Shown here piece by piece: positions 44,390-54,129 of a DNA stretch of 64,000 nucleotides. This stretch comes from Desulfobacterales bacterium. Lineage in GTDB: Bacteria; Desulfobacterota; Desulfobacteria; Desulfobacterales; SpSt-501. The translations under genes were made by a program, and so were the position numbers. The notes beneath the pieces were generated by a model. That model did not search any database. It had not been told where the DNA came from and saw only the letters and a list, made by a program, of their open reading frames with translations. Position 1 is the stretch's first letter; every line of letters begins with the position of its first letter. The stretch lies in contig JALOOU010000003.1 in the NCBI GenBank assembly GCA_025454255.1, positions 16,585 to 80,584 of the forward strand, written 5' to 3'.

Positions 44390-46912
44390 ATGAGAATCGA
44401 CTCGATCCAAGAGCTTCTGCCCCGGGTCGAAAAACCCAGCCGGTACCTGGGGACTGAGGTCAACGCGACCCGCAAGGACCCCGCGCGGGTCCAGCTGCGC
44501 TTCGCCCTGGCGTTTCCCGACCTCTACGAGATCGGCTCGTCCCACTTCGGGATGCAGATCCTCTATCATCTCCTCAACAGCCGGCCGGAGATCGCCGCCG
44601 AGCGGGTGTTCGCTCCGGCGCGGGACATGGAAAGCGAGCTGCGCGCCAGCGCAACGCCCCTCTTCAGCCTGGAGACGCAGACCCCGCTGAACCGCTTCGA
44701 CATCCTCGGCTTCAGCCTCCTGTACGAGCTCAACTACACCAACGTCCTCACCATTTTGGAGTTGTCGGGCATACCGGCCCTGGCCGCAGACCGCGGCCCA
44801 GGGCATCCGCTCGTCATCGGCGGCGGCCCCTGCACGTGCAACCCCGAGCCGGTGGCGGACTTCTTCGACGCCCTGGTGGTCGGAGACGGCGAGCAGGCGG
44901 TGCTCGAGCTTGCCGCGGCGTGGCTGGAGTGGAAAGCGGCCGGCAATCCGGAACGGCAGGCCCTGCTGCGCCGCTGGTCCGGCATCGGGGGGGTCTATGT
45001 CCCGTCCTTTTTCGACCCGCGCTACGATGCCGATGGGCTTCAGCGGCTGGTGCCCCGCTTTCCGGAATACAGCCGGGTGCGGCGCGCCATCGTGTCCGAT
45101 TTGGACTCGGCTCCCTTTCCGGACCGGCCGATCGTCCCCTTCGGCAAGCCGGTCCACGATCGGTTGCGGATCGAGGTCTCCCGCGGCTGCAGCCGCGGCT
45201 GCCGCTTTTGCCAGGCGGGGATGATCTATCGGCCGGTGCGCGAGCGCTCACCGCAGAGGCTGCTCGACCTGGCCCAGGCCTCGCTCGCCGCCACCGGCTA
45301 CGAGGATCTCTCGCTGTTGTCCCTGAGCACGGGCGACTACGGCTGCATCGCGAGTCTGCTGGAGCGCTTGATGGCGCGCTTTGCCCCGGAGCGGGTGGCG
45401 GTGTCGCTGCCCTCCCTGCGGGCGGGGACGCTGACGCCCGAGCTCATGGAGCTGATCCGGCAGGTCCGAAAGACCGGCTTCACCATCGCCCCCGAGGCCG
45501 GAAGCCAGCGGCTGAGGGACGTCATCAACAAGAACGTCACCGAGGCCGAAATCGTCGCAACCGTGCAGGATGCCTTCCGGAGCGGCTGGCAGCTGATCAA
45601 GCTCTACTTCATGGTCGGCCTGCCCACCGAGACCGAGGAGGACCTGGCGCAGCTGGTGTCGCTGGTGCGCCGGCTGACCCGGCTCAAAGGCTCCGGCCGC
45701 CGCCGGGCGCAGATCAACGTGAGTGCGGCGACCTTCATTCCCAAACCCCACACCCCCTTCCAGTGGCAGCCCCAGGTGGGGCTGTCGGAAGCCCGCTCCC
45801 GCCTGCGCCGGCTGCAGGAGGAGTTGGCGCTGCCGGGGGTGCAGTTCAAATGGCAGCAGCCCGAGATGAGCCTGCTCGAGGGCGTGTGGGCGCGAGGCGA
45901 CCGCAGGCTCGGCCGGGCCCTGCTCGCCGCCTACCGGCGGGGCTGCCGGTTCGACGGCTGGGGCGACAGTTTCAATTTTTCAGCCTGGATGGACGCCTTT
46001 GCCGAGGCGGGGATCGACCCGGCGTTCTTCACCGCCCGGCCGCGCTCTCCGAGCGAGCCGCTGCCGTGGGATCACATCGACTCGGGCGTGTCGAAGGAGT
46101 TTCTGGCGCGCGAATGGGAAAACGCGCTCGCCTCCCAGCTCACCCCGGACTGCCGCTGGGGGGCGTGCCAAGGCTGCGGGGTCTGCGACCTTGCCAGCCT
46201 GCGGCCGCTGGTTCACCGGGCCGACCCGCGCGGGTTGAAGCGCGCGGCGATCGTTGACGGGCCGCCCTATAAAAAGATCCAAATCTCCTATGAAAAGCTC
46301 GGCTCGGCCCGCTTTTTCGGGCACCTTGAGCTTGCGAACATCATGCTCCGGGCGCTGCGGCGGGCGGCCATCCCGGTGAAGTTTTCGGAGGGGTTCCACC
46401 CGAAGCCGAAGGTCTCCTTCGACAACCCGCTGCCCACCGGTACCGAGAGCGAAGAGGAGCGCCTGGTGCTCACGGTGCCCCAGCGCGTGACCCCGTTGGC
46501 CGTCATGGAGGGTCTCAACGCCCAGCTTCCCGAGGGGCTTCGCGTCCACACCTGCAGCGAGGAGATCAGCGCCGCCGCAGCCAGCTGCACCTACCGGGTG
46601 ACCTTCGCGGCGCCGGTTCCGCTGCCGAGCATCCGGGGCGACCGCGGTCGGTTGATCCAGGCCGCCACCCATGGCGGCAAGTTGAAAAAAATGGAGCTAA
46701 AGGATATTCTGTTGAAGGTGGAGGTTCTAGACCCCCAACGCCTGGAGATGACTCTGAGCTGTGAGCCGGGAAAAAGCCTACGGCCGGCAGAAATCCTCAA
46801 GCAGGTTTTCGAACTGCCCGAAAGCGCTGTGCGCAGCGCCGTCATCCGCAAACTCAAGCCCGCACGCAACGCACTGAACATGGCACCCGACCCTTCACCC
46901 AAAGGACACTGA
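44390..46912 (+). CDS. B12-binding radical SAM protein (TIGR03960-like) fused to a TIGR03936/DUF2344-like domain
   Basis: VEKPSRYLG, FPDLYEIG, RGCSRGCRFC (CxxxCxxC), APEAGSQR, C-term FSEGFHPKPK. Confidence 0.88.
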   Translation: MRIDSIQELLPRVEKPSRYLGTEVNATRKDPARVQLRFALAFPDLYEIGSSHFGMQILYHLLNSRPEIAAERVFAPARDMESELRASATPLFSLETQTPLNRFDILGFSLLYELNYTNVLTILELSGIPALAADRGPGHPLVIGGGPCTCNPEPVADFFDALVVGDGEQAVLELAAAWLEWKAAGNPERQALLRRWSGIGGVYVPSFFDPRYDADGLQRLVPRFPEYSRVRRAIVSDLDSAPFPDRPIVPFGKPVHDRLRIEVSRGCSRGCRFCQAGMIYRPVRERSPQRLLDLAQASLAATGYEDLSLLSLSTGDYGCIASLLERLMARFAPERVAVSLPSLRAGTLTPELMELIRQVRKTGFTIAPEAGSQRLRDVINKNVTEAEIVATVQDAFRSGWQLIKLYFMVGLPTETEEDLAQLVSLVRRLTRLKGSGRRRAQINVSAATFIPKPHTPFQWQPQVGLSEARSRLRRLQEELALPGVQFKWQQPEMSLLEGVWARGDRRLGRALLAAYRRGCRFDGWGDSFNFSAWMDAFAEAGIDPAFFTARPRSPSEPLPWDHIDSGVSKEFLAREWENALASQLTPDCRWGACQGCGVCDLASLRPLVHRADPRGLKRAAIVDGPPYKKIQISYEKLGSARFFGHLELANIMLRALRRAAIPVKFSEGFHPKPKVSFDNPLPTGTESEEERLVLTVPQRVTPLAVMEGLNAQLPEGLRVHTCSEEISAAAASCTYRVTFAAPVPLPSIRGDRGRLIQAATHGGKLKKMELKDILLKVEVLDPQRLEMTLSCEPGKSLRPAEILKQVFELPESAVRSAVIRKLKPARNALNMAPDPSPKGH

Positions 46913-46916
46913 CGCC

Positions 46917-48503
46917 ATGTACAAGCAGCTGATCATAAATGTGACCGAACAGGAGACGCGGGTGGCGCTCCTGGAGGATGGCACCATCGTCGAGCTCCAC
47001 GTCGATCGCGGGGACGACTCCGACATCGCCGGCAACGTCTACAAAGGCCGCGTGTTGCGGGTCCTGCCGGGCATGCAGGCCGCCTTCGTCGACATCGGGC
47101 TGAGCCAGGCTGCGTTTATCTACGTCGATGACGTGGTCGACAACACGTTCAAAGACATCGAGCGGCTGTTTATCCTGGGCATGGATGAAAACGGGGAGCC
47201 GGGCGAAGAGGAGGCGGCCGCGGCGCCCAGCCGCGAGCGCAACTCCGTGATCGAGGAGCTTCTCGTCGAGGGCCAGGAGGTATTGGTCCAGGTTGCCAAA
47301 TCGCCGATCGGGACCAAGGGGGCGCGGATCTCCTCCCACGTGTCGATCCCCGGGCGCTTTCTGGTGCTCATGCCCTCCTCCACCCACATCGGGGTGTCAC
47401 GGCGCATAGAGGAGGAGTCCGAGCGGCAGCGGCTCAAGAAGCTGGTTTTCGACCTGCGCCAGGACGACTTCGGCTTCATCGTCCGCACCGCTGCCGAAGG
47501 TGAAAGCGAGGAGCGGATCGCTTATGAGATGGGATTTCTCACCAACCTGTGGGAGAGCATCCAGCGCAAGTACAAAACGGCGCCGGCCCCCTCGTTGATC
47601 TACCAGGACCTCTCTGTCAGCCTGAGGGCCGTACGCGATCTGCTCATCCACGAGGCCGAGAAGCTCGTCATCGACTCGAGGCCCACCTACGAGGCGGTGC
47701 TCTCCTTTTTAGACACCTACATGCCGAGCCTCAAGGAGAGCGTCATTCTCTACGACGGGTCGGAGCCGGTCTTCGACGCCTACAACCTCGAGGCCGACAT
47801 CTCGCGTGCGCTCAAGCGAAAAGTGTGGCTTAAATCAGGCGGTTATATATTAATCGAACACACCGAGGCGCTCACCGCGATCGATGTCAACACCGGCCGC
47901 TACGTGGGCAAGCACAACCTCGAGGAGACCATCCTCAAGACCAACCTCGAGGCGGTCAAAGAGATCGCCTACCAGGTCCGGCTCAGGGACATCGGCGGCA
48001 TCATCATCATCGATTTCATCGACATGGAAAAGAAGCTGAACCAGGAGCGGGTGTTCAGCGCCTTCCGGGAGGCGCTCAAGCGCGACAAGAGCAAGACCCA
48101 TGTTCTGCCGATGTCCGAAATGGGGCTGATCCAGATGACCCGCAAGCGAACGCGGGAGCCGCTGACGCGCATCTTGTGCGAACCCTGCTTTTACTGCGAA
48201 GGCGAAGGCTACATCGTGTCGCGGCAGTCGGTGTGCTACGTGATCTACCGCGAGCTGATGCGAAACTGCCGTGATGTCTTCGGCCAGCGGGTGGCGATCC
48301 GCGCCAACCCGCAGGTGGCCGAATACCTGCACCGCGAAGAGAACAACCTGGTGACGAACCTGGAGCGCTCGCTCGGCAAACAGATCGTCATCTACCCCGA
48401 ACCCCAATTCCACCTGGAGCAGTTTGACATATTCGAAATCTCAGACAGCCAACCCGGACACGAAAAACCCCTCCTTCCACCCGCCTCCTCAAACACCCGT
48501 TAA
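46917..48503 (+). CDS. rng: ribonuclease G (Rne/Rng family)
   Basis: GNVYKGRV, PGMQAAFVDIG, EALTAIDVNTG, RLRDIGGIIIIDFIDM, CFYCEG. Confidence 0.93.
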   Translation: MYKQLIINVTEQETRVALLEDGTIVELHVDRGDDSDIAGNVYKGRVLRVLPGMQAAFVDIGLSQAAFIYVDDVVDNTFKDIERLFILGMDENGEPGEEEAAAAPSRERNSVIEELLVEGQEVLVQVAKSPIGTKGARISSHVSIPGRFLVLMPSSTHIGVSRRIEEESERQRLKKLVFDLRQDDFGFIVRTAAEGESEERIAYEMGFLTNLWESIQRKYKTAPAPSLIYQDLSVSLRAVRDLLIHEAEKLVIDSRPTYEAVLSFLDTYMPSLKESVILYDGSEPVFDAYNLEADISRALKRKVWLKSGGYILIEHTEALTAIDVNTGRYVGKHNLEETILKTNLEAVKEIAYQVRLRDIGGIIIIDFIDMEKKLNQERVFSAFREALKRDKSKTHVLPMSEMGLIQMTRKRTREPLTRILCEPCFYCEGEGYIVSRQSVCYVIYRELMRNCRDVFGQRVAIRANPQVAEYLHREENNLVTNLERSLGKQIVIYPEPQFHLEQFDIFEISDSQPGHEKPLLPPASSNTR

Positions 48504-48524
48504 GGCCAAATTTGCGCATATCTG

Positions 48525-48554
48525 TTGACAGATTCAGTCTATTGTGATTATTTC
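48525..48554 (+). promoter_or_regulatory. putative rpmH promoter
   Basis: TTGACA at 48525-48530 with AT-rich -10-like ATTATTT 16-18 bp downstream. Confidence 0.45.
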
Positions 48555-48670
48555 AGCAGGTTCAAGTAGAAGCGGTGTCCACCCTGAACCGACCTTAATA
48601 GAATTCAAGCCGCAGACGGTCGCACCGCCGCATGGGGGCAGACCGCCGGCCAACGAGAAAGGCAACGGCA

Positions 48671-48805
48671 ATGAAGCGAACGTTTCAGCCCAGCAGGATC
48701 AAGCGCGCCCGCAACCACGGATTTCGAAAACGCATGTCCACCAAGGCCGGGCGTGCGGTCATCAACCGTCGACGCGCCAAGGGGCGTAAGCGTTTGGCCG
48801 GCTGA
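48671..48805 (+). CDS. rpmH: 50S ribosomal protein L34 (below ORF-track cutoff)
   Basis: translated by hand: [44 protein letters not shown]. Confidence 0.97.
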   Translation: MKRTFQPSRIKRARNHGFRKRMSTKAGRAVINRRRAKGRKRLAG

Positions 48806-48862
48806 GCCGGCGCATCCCGAGCGGATGCGCTCGCCGCCTCCCCCCCCTGAGGATCCCGAGCG

Positions 48863-49216
48863 GTGCGCTTTTTCCTGAAAAAGGCCGACCGGATTTTAAA
48901 GCGCAGCGATTTTGTCGAACTTACGCGGGTCGGGCGGCGGGTCTACAGCGGGGTTTTCATGGCGGTGGTGGCGCCCAACCGCGCCGGCCGGCCCCGTTTG
49001 GGGGTTACCGTAACGCGCAAAGTGGGCCCAGCGGTCCAGCGCAACCGCATCAAGCGTCTCGTGCGCGAAGTCTTCCGGCTGCATCGCCAAAAAGTGAAGC
49101 TTGACGGGGACATCAATGTCATTGCCCGCAGCGGGGCCGCCAGACTCACAAACCATGACCTGAGGCAGGCCATCGAGGAGTTGTTTGAAAGCGTTCCGAG
49201 GCAAATCGGCGGTTAG
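48863..49216 (+). CDS. rnpA: ribonuclease P protein component
   Basis: RLGVTVTRKVGPAVQRNRIKRLVRE (RNR motif); position after rpmH. Confidence 0.93.
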   Translation: MRFFLKKADRILKRSDFVELTRVGRRVYSGVFMAVVAPNRAGRPRLGVTVTRKVGPAVQRNRIKRLVREVFRLHRQKVKLDGDINVIARSGAARLTNHDLRQAIEELFESVPRQIGG

Positions 49217-49433
49217 CCATCTATCCGCGCGTCTGCTCCATTGGATCATCCGGGCCTATCAGTTGACGCTCTCCCCGGTCCTGGGTCCGGCATGCCGTTA
49301 TTATCCATCCTGCTCGGAATACACCCTTCAGGCCATCGCCCGCCACGGACCGACCCGGGGCACACTGTTGGGCGTCAAGCGCGTGATGCGCTGTCATCCA
49401 TTCAGCGCCGGCGGAGAGGACCCGGTCCCCTGA
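49185..49433 (+). CDS. yidD: membrane protein insertion efficiency factor (start uncertain)
   Basis: YQLTLSP..CRYYPSCSEY..RCHPF..GGEDPVP. Confidence 0.9.
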   Translation: MKAFRGKSAVSHLSARLLHWIIRAYQLTLSPVLGPACRYYPSCSEYTLQAIARHGPTRGTLLGVKRVMRCHPFSAGGEDPVP

Positions 49434-49513
49434 AATCATGGGGCGAAGGCTGTGTCCGGGTGTTTTTTCACCGGGGCTGAAAACAAAAAGGCTATTTCTC
49501 TCAGGAGATCGAA

Positions 49514-51160
49514 ATGGATCAGATGCGCTTGATGGCGGCCCTGGTGCTCTCTTTTGTGGTTTTCTTTCTTTGGAACTCGTTTTTCGCGCCCGAAACGCCG
49601 CCCAAGACCGCTCCTAAGCCGGAGATCGCCGCTGAAAAGATGCCTGACGCCCCGCCTCCATCCGTGGTGGAGGGATCCACGGCGCCGGCGCTATCGGCTG
49701 CGCAACCTGCCGCCGCACCAAGCAGAGTCGCGCGCGAAATCACCGTCCATGCGCCCCTCTACACCGTCGGGTTGTCCGAGAAGGGGGCGGTCATAAACCG
49801 CTTCGTACTCAACAACTACCGCCTCAACGTCGAAAAAGACTCCCCGCTTCTGAACCTCTTTCCGGATGACGGGTCGGTCGGCTCACTTCAACTGGGCGCT
49901 GCGGGGATCCCCGGCCTCGAAGAGGCGCTCTTCCAGGTTCAGGGTGCGAGCGATTCGATCGATTTCACCGAGGGGTCGCGGGAGGTCGTCTTCGCCTATC
50001 GCACGGCAAACGGGCTGCTGGTCGAAAAGATCTACCGCTTCATGGCCGACTCCTATGTGATGGGCTTCGATATCCGCATCACCAACGCCGGCGAGCAGGC
50101 GGTGAAGGAGGTTTTCTCCGTCGCGCTGCGTGAAGCGACCTCCGGAAAGAAGAGCTCCTACGTCTTCGAAGGGCCCAGCGCCTTGATCAACAATTCCCTG
50201 GAAACGGTCGAAATCGGCGACATCGCCAAAAACAACACCCTAAAAGGCAAAATCACCTGGGCCGCGATTCAGACGCGCTATTTCATGACCGGCCTCATCC
50301 CGCTCAAGGAGCAGGAGACCGTGCTGAGGCTCTCTGTTTTGCCGGGAAACGTCGTGGAGGCGCGCTACGAGGAGCCCGAAGTCCTGCTCCCCCCCGGAAC
50401 CCGGCAGAGTTTCGACCATCTTCTCTTCTTTGGACCTAAAAGCAGCGAAGCCCTCAGCCGGGCCGGCCATGAGCTGATCCGGGTCATCGATTTCGGCACG
50501 TTCCATTTTCTCGCCAACCCACTGTTATTGCTAATGAATTGGATTTACGGGATCCTGCCCAACTACGGGGTGGCCATCATCATCCTGACGATCCTCACCA
50601 AGGTCCTGCTCTGGCCGCTCGGCACCAAGAGCTACAAGTCCATGAGCCAGATGAAAAAACTTCAGCCGCTGATTCAGGAAATCCGCCAAAAGTACAAAAA
50701 CGATCGCAAGCGGATGAACGAGGAGGTCATGCGGCTGCACCGCACCTACAACATCAACCCTCTGGGCGGGTGTCTGCCCATGGTGCTTCAGATCCCGGTC
50801 TTTTTCGCCCTCTACCGGATGCTGGACTCGGCCATCGAGCTGCGGCATGCCCATTTCCTGTGGTGGATCAACGACCTCTCCGCCCCCGACCGGCTTTTCA
50901 ACTTTGGCTTTTCAATTCCCTTCATGGAGCCGCCCTACGGGATACCGGTGCTGACGCTGGTCATGGGCGCCACCATGTTCCTGCAGCAGAAAATGACCCC
51001 GCCGGTCGGCGATCCCACCCAGGCCAAGATGATGATGCTCATGCCGGTGGTCTTCACGTTTATTTTCATCAACTTTTCCTCCGGCTTGGTGCTTTACTGG
51101 CTGATCAACAACGTGCTTTCGATCGGCCAGCAATACTACACCCAGAAAAAGTTCGGTTGA
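49514..51160 (+). CDS. yidC: membrane protein insertase YidC
   Basis: NYGVAIIILT, KSMSQMKKLQP, NPLGGCLPM, WINDLSAPD, GLVLYW. Confidence 0.96.
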   Translation: MDQMRLMAALVLSFVVFFLWNSFFAPETPPKTAPKPEIAAEKMPDAPPPSVVEGSTAPALSAAQPAAAPSRVAREITVHAPLYTVGLSEKGAVINRFVLNNYRLNVEKDSPLLNLFPDDGSVGSLQLGAAGIPGLEEALFQVQGASDSIDFTEGSREVVFAYRTANGLLVEKIYRFMADSYVMGFDIRITNAGEQAVKEVFSVALREATSGKKSSYVFEGPSALINNSLETVEIGDIAKNNTLKGKITWAAIQTRYFMTGLIPLKEQETVLRLSVLPGNVVEARYEEPEVLLPPGTRQSFDHLLFFGPKSSEALSRAGHELIRVIDFGTFHFLANPLLLLMNWIYGILPNYGVAIIILTILTKVLLWPLGTKSYKSMSQMKKLQPLIQEIRQKYKNDRKRMNEEVMRLHRTYNINPLGGCLPMVLQIPVFFALYRMLDSAIELRHAHFLWWINDLSAPDRLFNFGFSIPFMEPPYGIPVLTLVMGATMFLQQKMTPPVGDPTQAKMMMLMPVVFTFIFINFSSGLVLYWLINNVLSIGQQYYTQKKFG

Positions 51161-51198
51161 CGACGCCTCCCCCGAACCGGGGTGGGGCTTTGCATGCC

Positions 51199-52593
51199 AT
51201 GGATGATTCCACTATTGCCGCCGTGGCCACGCCGCCCGGAAGCGGCGGAATCGGTATCATCCGCGTCTCGGGCCGCAATGCGATCCCCATCGCCGCCGCG
51301 CTCTTCAGAGCCTCCCTGGCCGGTACCGGCACGAAACCGCCGCGGAGCCAGTTTGAATCCCACCGCCTTTATCACGGTTATGTAGTCGATCCCGCCGGCG
51401 GCCGCGTCATGGACGAGGTCCTATTGTCGGTCATGATCGCCCCCCGCTCCTACACCCGCGAGGATGTGGTCGAGATCAATGCTCACGGCGGCCATCAAGC
51501 CGCCCGGGCCATCCTCGAGCTGGTGCTGAACCAAGGGGCGCGGCTGGCCGAGCCGGGCGAGTTTACGCGGCGGGCCTTTCTCAACGGGCGTATCGATTTG
51601 ACCCAGGCCGAGGCTGTCTGCGACCTGATTCAGGCCCGATCGCAGCGCGCTTTGGAGGCCGCGGCCGCTCTGCTGACAGGCGGGCTTAAATTAAAAATAC
51701 AACAAATACAAAATGTTATAAATGATATTCAAATCGCGATCGAGGCTGCTATCGATTTTCCGGAAGAGGTTGCCCTCGACGCCGAGAACCTGAAGCGCCG
51801 GATCAGCGAGGATGTGATCGCCCCCTTGCAGGCGCTCATCCGAAACTGCATCGCCGGGCGCACGATTCGAGAGGGCCTATCGGTAACCATCATGGGCCGC
51901 CCCAACGTGGGCAAGTCCAGCCTGATGAACCGGCTGCTGGCAAAGGATCGTTCGATCGTAACGGATCTGCCCGGTACCACGCGCGATGTGGTTCAAGAAA
52001 GCACGGCCATCGAGGGTGTCGTCTTTCATCTCCAAGACACGGCCGGGTTGCACCGAAGCCCGGACCCGGTGGAGAGCATCGGGATGGCTAAAGCCATAGA
52101 GAGCGCCGACGAGGCGGACCTGGTTCTGCTGGTGGTGGAGGCCCATCGGCCGGTCGGCCCGGAGGATATTCGAATTTTCGAACTGGTCGGTACCAAGCCG
52201 TGCATCGTCGCGCTGAACAAGAGCGACCTTCAAAGCGGCCCGGCCGCCTGCCCGGATCTGCCTGAAAGCTGGCGCGCGAACCGCTGCCTTGCCGTTTCGG
52301 CCCTCACGGGAGAGGGGATCGAAGCGCTGCGGGCGCAGTTGCACCAAGCGGCAGTCGGCGGCGCTGCGAAAAGCCTCGGGGAGCTGATTCCCAACCTGCG
52401 CCAAAAAGGGTTGATGGAGCGCTGTCTCGCAGCGGCCGCCGCCGCCGCGCAAGATCTTGCCCGGCAAGCGGCTCCGGAGCTGGTTGCGGTCAATATCGGG
52501 CTGGCGGCCGATTGCCTGGGCGAATTAGCGGGGACCCATGCCAAGGCGGACATTCTAAATGGCATCTTCGAACGGTTCTGCATCGGTAAATGA
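51199..52593 (+). CDS. mnmE: tRNA modification GTPase MnmE (TrmE)
   Basis: TIAAVATPPG, PRSYTREDVVE, GRPNVGKSSL, PGTTRD, DTAG, C-term FCIGK. Confidence 0.96.
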   Translation: MDDSTIAAVATPPGSGGIGIIRVSGRNAIPIAAALFRASLAGTGTKPPRSQFESHRLYHGYVVDPAGGRVMDEVLLSVMIAPRSYTREDVVEINAHGGHQAARAILELVLNQGARLAEPGEFTRRAFLNGRIDLTQAEAVCDLIQARSQRALEAAAALLTGGLKLKIQQIQNVINDIQIAIEAAIDFPEEVALDAENLKRRISEDVIAPLQALIRNCIAGRTIREGLSVTIMGRPNVGKSSLMNRLLAKDRSIVTDLPGTTRDVVQESTAIEGVVFHLQDTAGLHRSPDPVESIGMAKAIESADEADLVLLVVEAHRPVGPEDIRIFELVGTKPCIVALNKSDLQSGPAACPDLPESWRANRCLAVSALTGEGIEALRAQLHQAAVGGAAKSLGELIPNLRQKGLMERCLAAAAAAAQDLARQAAPELVAVNIGLAADCLGELAGTHAKADILNGIFERFCIGK

Positions 52594-52603
52594 ATTTTGG
52601 AAA

Positions 52604-52619
52604 TGTTTCACGTGGAACA
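52604..52619. other. parS centromere-like site
   Basis: TGTTTCACGTGGAACA, one mismatch to the palindromic consensus. Confidence 0.9.
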
Positions 52620-52651
52620 TCAACCCTTGATCCCCAACAATCAATCACCAT

Positions 52652-52667
52652 TGTTTCACGTGAAACA
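52652..52667. other. parS centromere-like site
   Basis: perfect TGTTTCACGTGAAACA. Confidence 0.93.
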
Positions 52668-52708
52668 ATGGGCCGGGCCATCAACCTGGAGAATACGAGC
52701 GGAGGATT

Positions 52709-53407
52709 ATGGACTTCGACTTCACGCCCTATTTCGAAAAGTACGAGAAGCTGGTGGCGGCCTCGGATGAGGCCTTCAACCGCGTAAAGGCCGCCCATGC
52801 GGACTGCGTCAAATGCGTCGAGGGGTGTTCCGACTGCTGCCTTGCGATATTCGACCTGACCCTGATCGAGGCGCTTTACATCCATCACCGGTTCAAGCAG
52901 GCCTTCGATCAGACGGCCGGCGCCGAGGTGCTGGAAAAGGCCAACCGCGCCGACCGCCAGATCGCCAAGATCAAGCGCCGGGCGCATGAGCAGCTGAAGG
53001 CTGGAAAGCCGGAAGGCGAGATCCTGGCGGACCTGGCGCGCGAGCGCGTGCACTGCCCGCTGCTGAACACCCGGAACTTGTGCGCGCTCTACGAGCACCG
53101 ACCGCTGACCTGCCGCTTTTACGGGATCCCGACCGCCATCGGCGGCGCCGGCCACACCTGCGGGAAGTCGGGGTTCAAATCGGGGCAAACCTACCCCACC
53201 GTCAACCTCGACACGATCCACGCTCGTCTACAGGAGATCAGCGCGGAGCTCGTCCGCGACCTGAAATCCAAGTATGTCGGGCTTGCCGACATCCTCGTGC
53301 CGCTCTCTTTCGCCCTGATCAATGACTACGACGAGGTTTACCTGGGGCTAAAGGATGAACCCCCCGAAGACCCGGGACCCAAAAGGACCCGGAAGAGGAG
53401 GCACTGA
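52709..53407 (+). CDS. YkgJ-family (CxxCxxCC-like) Fe-S/Zn cysteine cluster protein
   Basis: CVKCVEGCSDCC, CPLLN..CALYEHRPLTCRFYG. Confidence 0.85.
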   Translation: MDFDFTPYFEKYEKLVAASDEAFNRVKAAHADCVKCVEGCSDCCLAIFDLTLIEALYIHHRFKQAFDQTAGAEVLEKANRADRQIAKIKRRAHEQLKAGKPEGEILADLARERVHCPLLNTRNLCALYEHRPLTCRFYGIPTAIGGAGHTCGKSGFKSGQTYPTVNLDTIHARLQEISAELVRDLKSKYVGLADILVPLSFALINDYDEVYLGLKDEPPEDPGPKRTRKRRH

Positions 53408-53763
53408 TGGGCGCGCTGACCCCGGAGGAGGCCGAGAAGCGCAAGCGGGCCGTCTTTGACAGCATGTCCCCCCGGCGCCAGAAACACATTCTCGCCAGGG
53501 GATACGAAAAATGGGACCCTTTCGAAGAGCCCAAGGACCCCATCGACATCCGCAAGGACCCCTCCCGGCGCACCACCCACCAGCTGGTCAATGAATTTCT
53601 GCAATCCCGCAGCAGCGAGGCCAAAAACAATGCCTACAACCGGGGCGTGTTGGAGATGGCCCTGGGGATCGTCAACGGCGAAGACCGCTTCAGGGGGATG
53701 TACGAGTTTGCCTGCTGGCACCGGGACCTCCTGAAAAAGGAGGGCATCGAAACCAAGGGGTGA
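53407..53763 (+). CDS. conserved hypothetical protein, translationally coupled to the YkgJ gene
   Basis: TGATG stop/start overlap, GAGGAGG SD, coding-like codon usage. Confidence 0.75.
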   Translation: MGALTPEEAEKRKRAVFDSMSPRRQKHILARGYEKWDPFEEPKDPIDIRKDPSRRTTHQLVNEFLQSRSSEAKNNAYNRGVLEMALGIVNGEDRFRGMYEFACWHRDLLKKEGIETKG

Positions 53764-53772
53764 AGGCCGCCG

Positions 53773-54129
53773 CTAATCGGCCCCATGGGCGGGCGGCGGC
53801 CCGAAGCGCCTCAAGTAGTCCTCCCACTCCATGGGCAAGAGCTGCTTCTTGGCGGTGTTGCACTCCTTGCAGCAGGGCACGACGTTGCCCTTGGTGCTGC
53901 GGCCGCCGCGGGAAACCGGCACGATGTGGTCCATGGTGAGTTCCCGCGGCGAAAAGCTGCGGCCGCAGTAATGGCAGAGGCCCTTTGCAAGGCGCCGTTT
54001 CCACCATTGGGACGCCCTGAGCTCCCGCGCCTTGCCGCGCTCCTGTCTGAGGTCCGCCTCCTCCAGGTTGAAATCGAACTCCCCAGCATCCCGGTTGCGT
54101 GGCATGCCCGAATAACCCCCCTGCATCAT
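53773..54129 (-). CDS. small HNH endonuclease
   Basis: CHYCG..TMDHIVPVSRGG..GNVVPCCKECN. Confidence 0.88.
   Translation of the reverse strand: MMQGGYSGMPRNRDAGEFDFNLEEADLRQERGKARELRASQWWKRRLAKGLCHYCGRSFSPRELTMDHIVPVSRGGRSTKGNVVPCCKECNTAKKQLLPMEWEDYLRRFGPPPAHGAD

Noticed and set aside
48806-48840. GCGCATCC..GGATGCGC hairpin after rpmH
   Set aside because: No T tract; an ordinary intercistronic stem, not called as terminator or ncRNA
50539-51198. Apparent 220-aa N-terminal extension of MnmE
   Set aside because: Overlaps yidC in another frame; MnmE homology begins at MDDSTIAA (51199)
53773-54129. HNH gene as homing endonuclease, IscB or defence effector
   Set aside because: Minimal 118-aa protein with no RuvC segments, intron context, methyltransferase or defence neighbours
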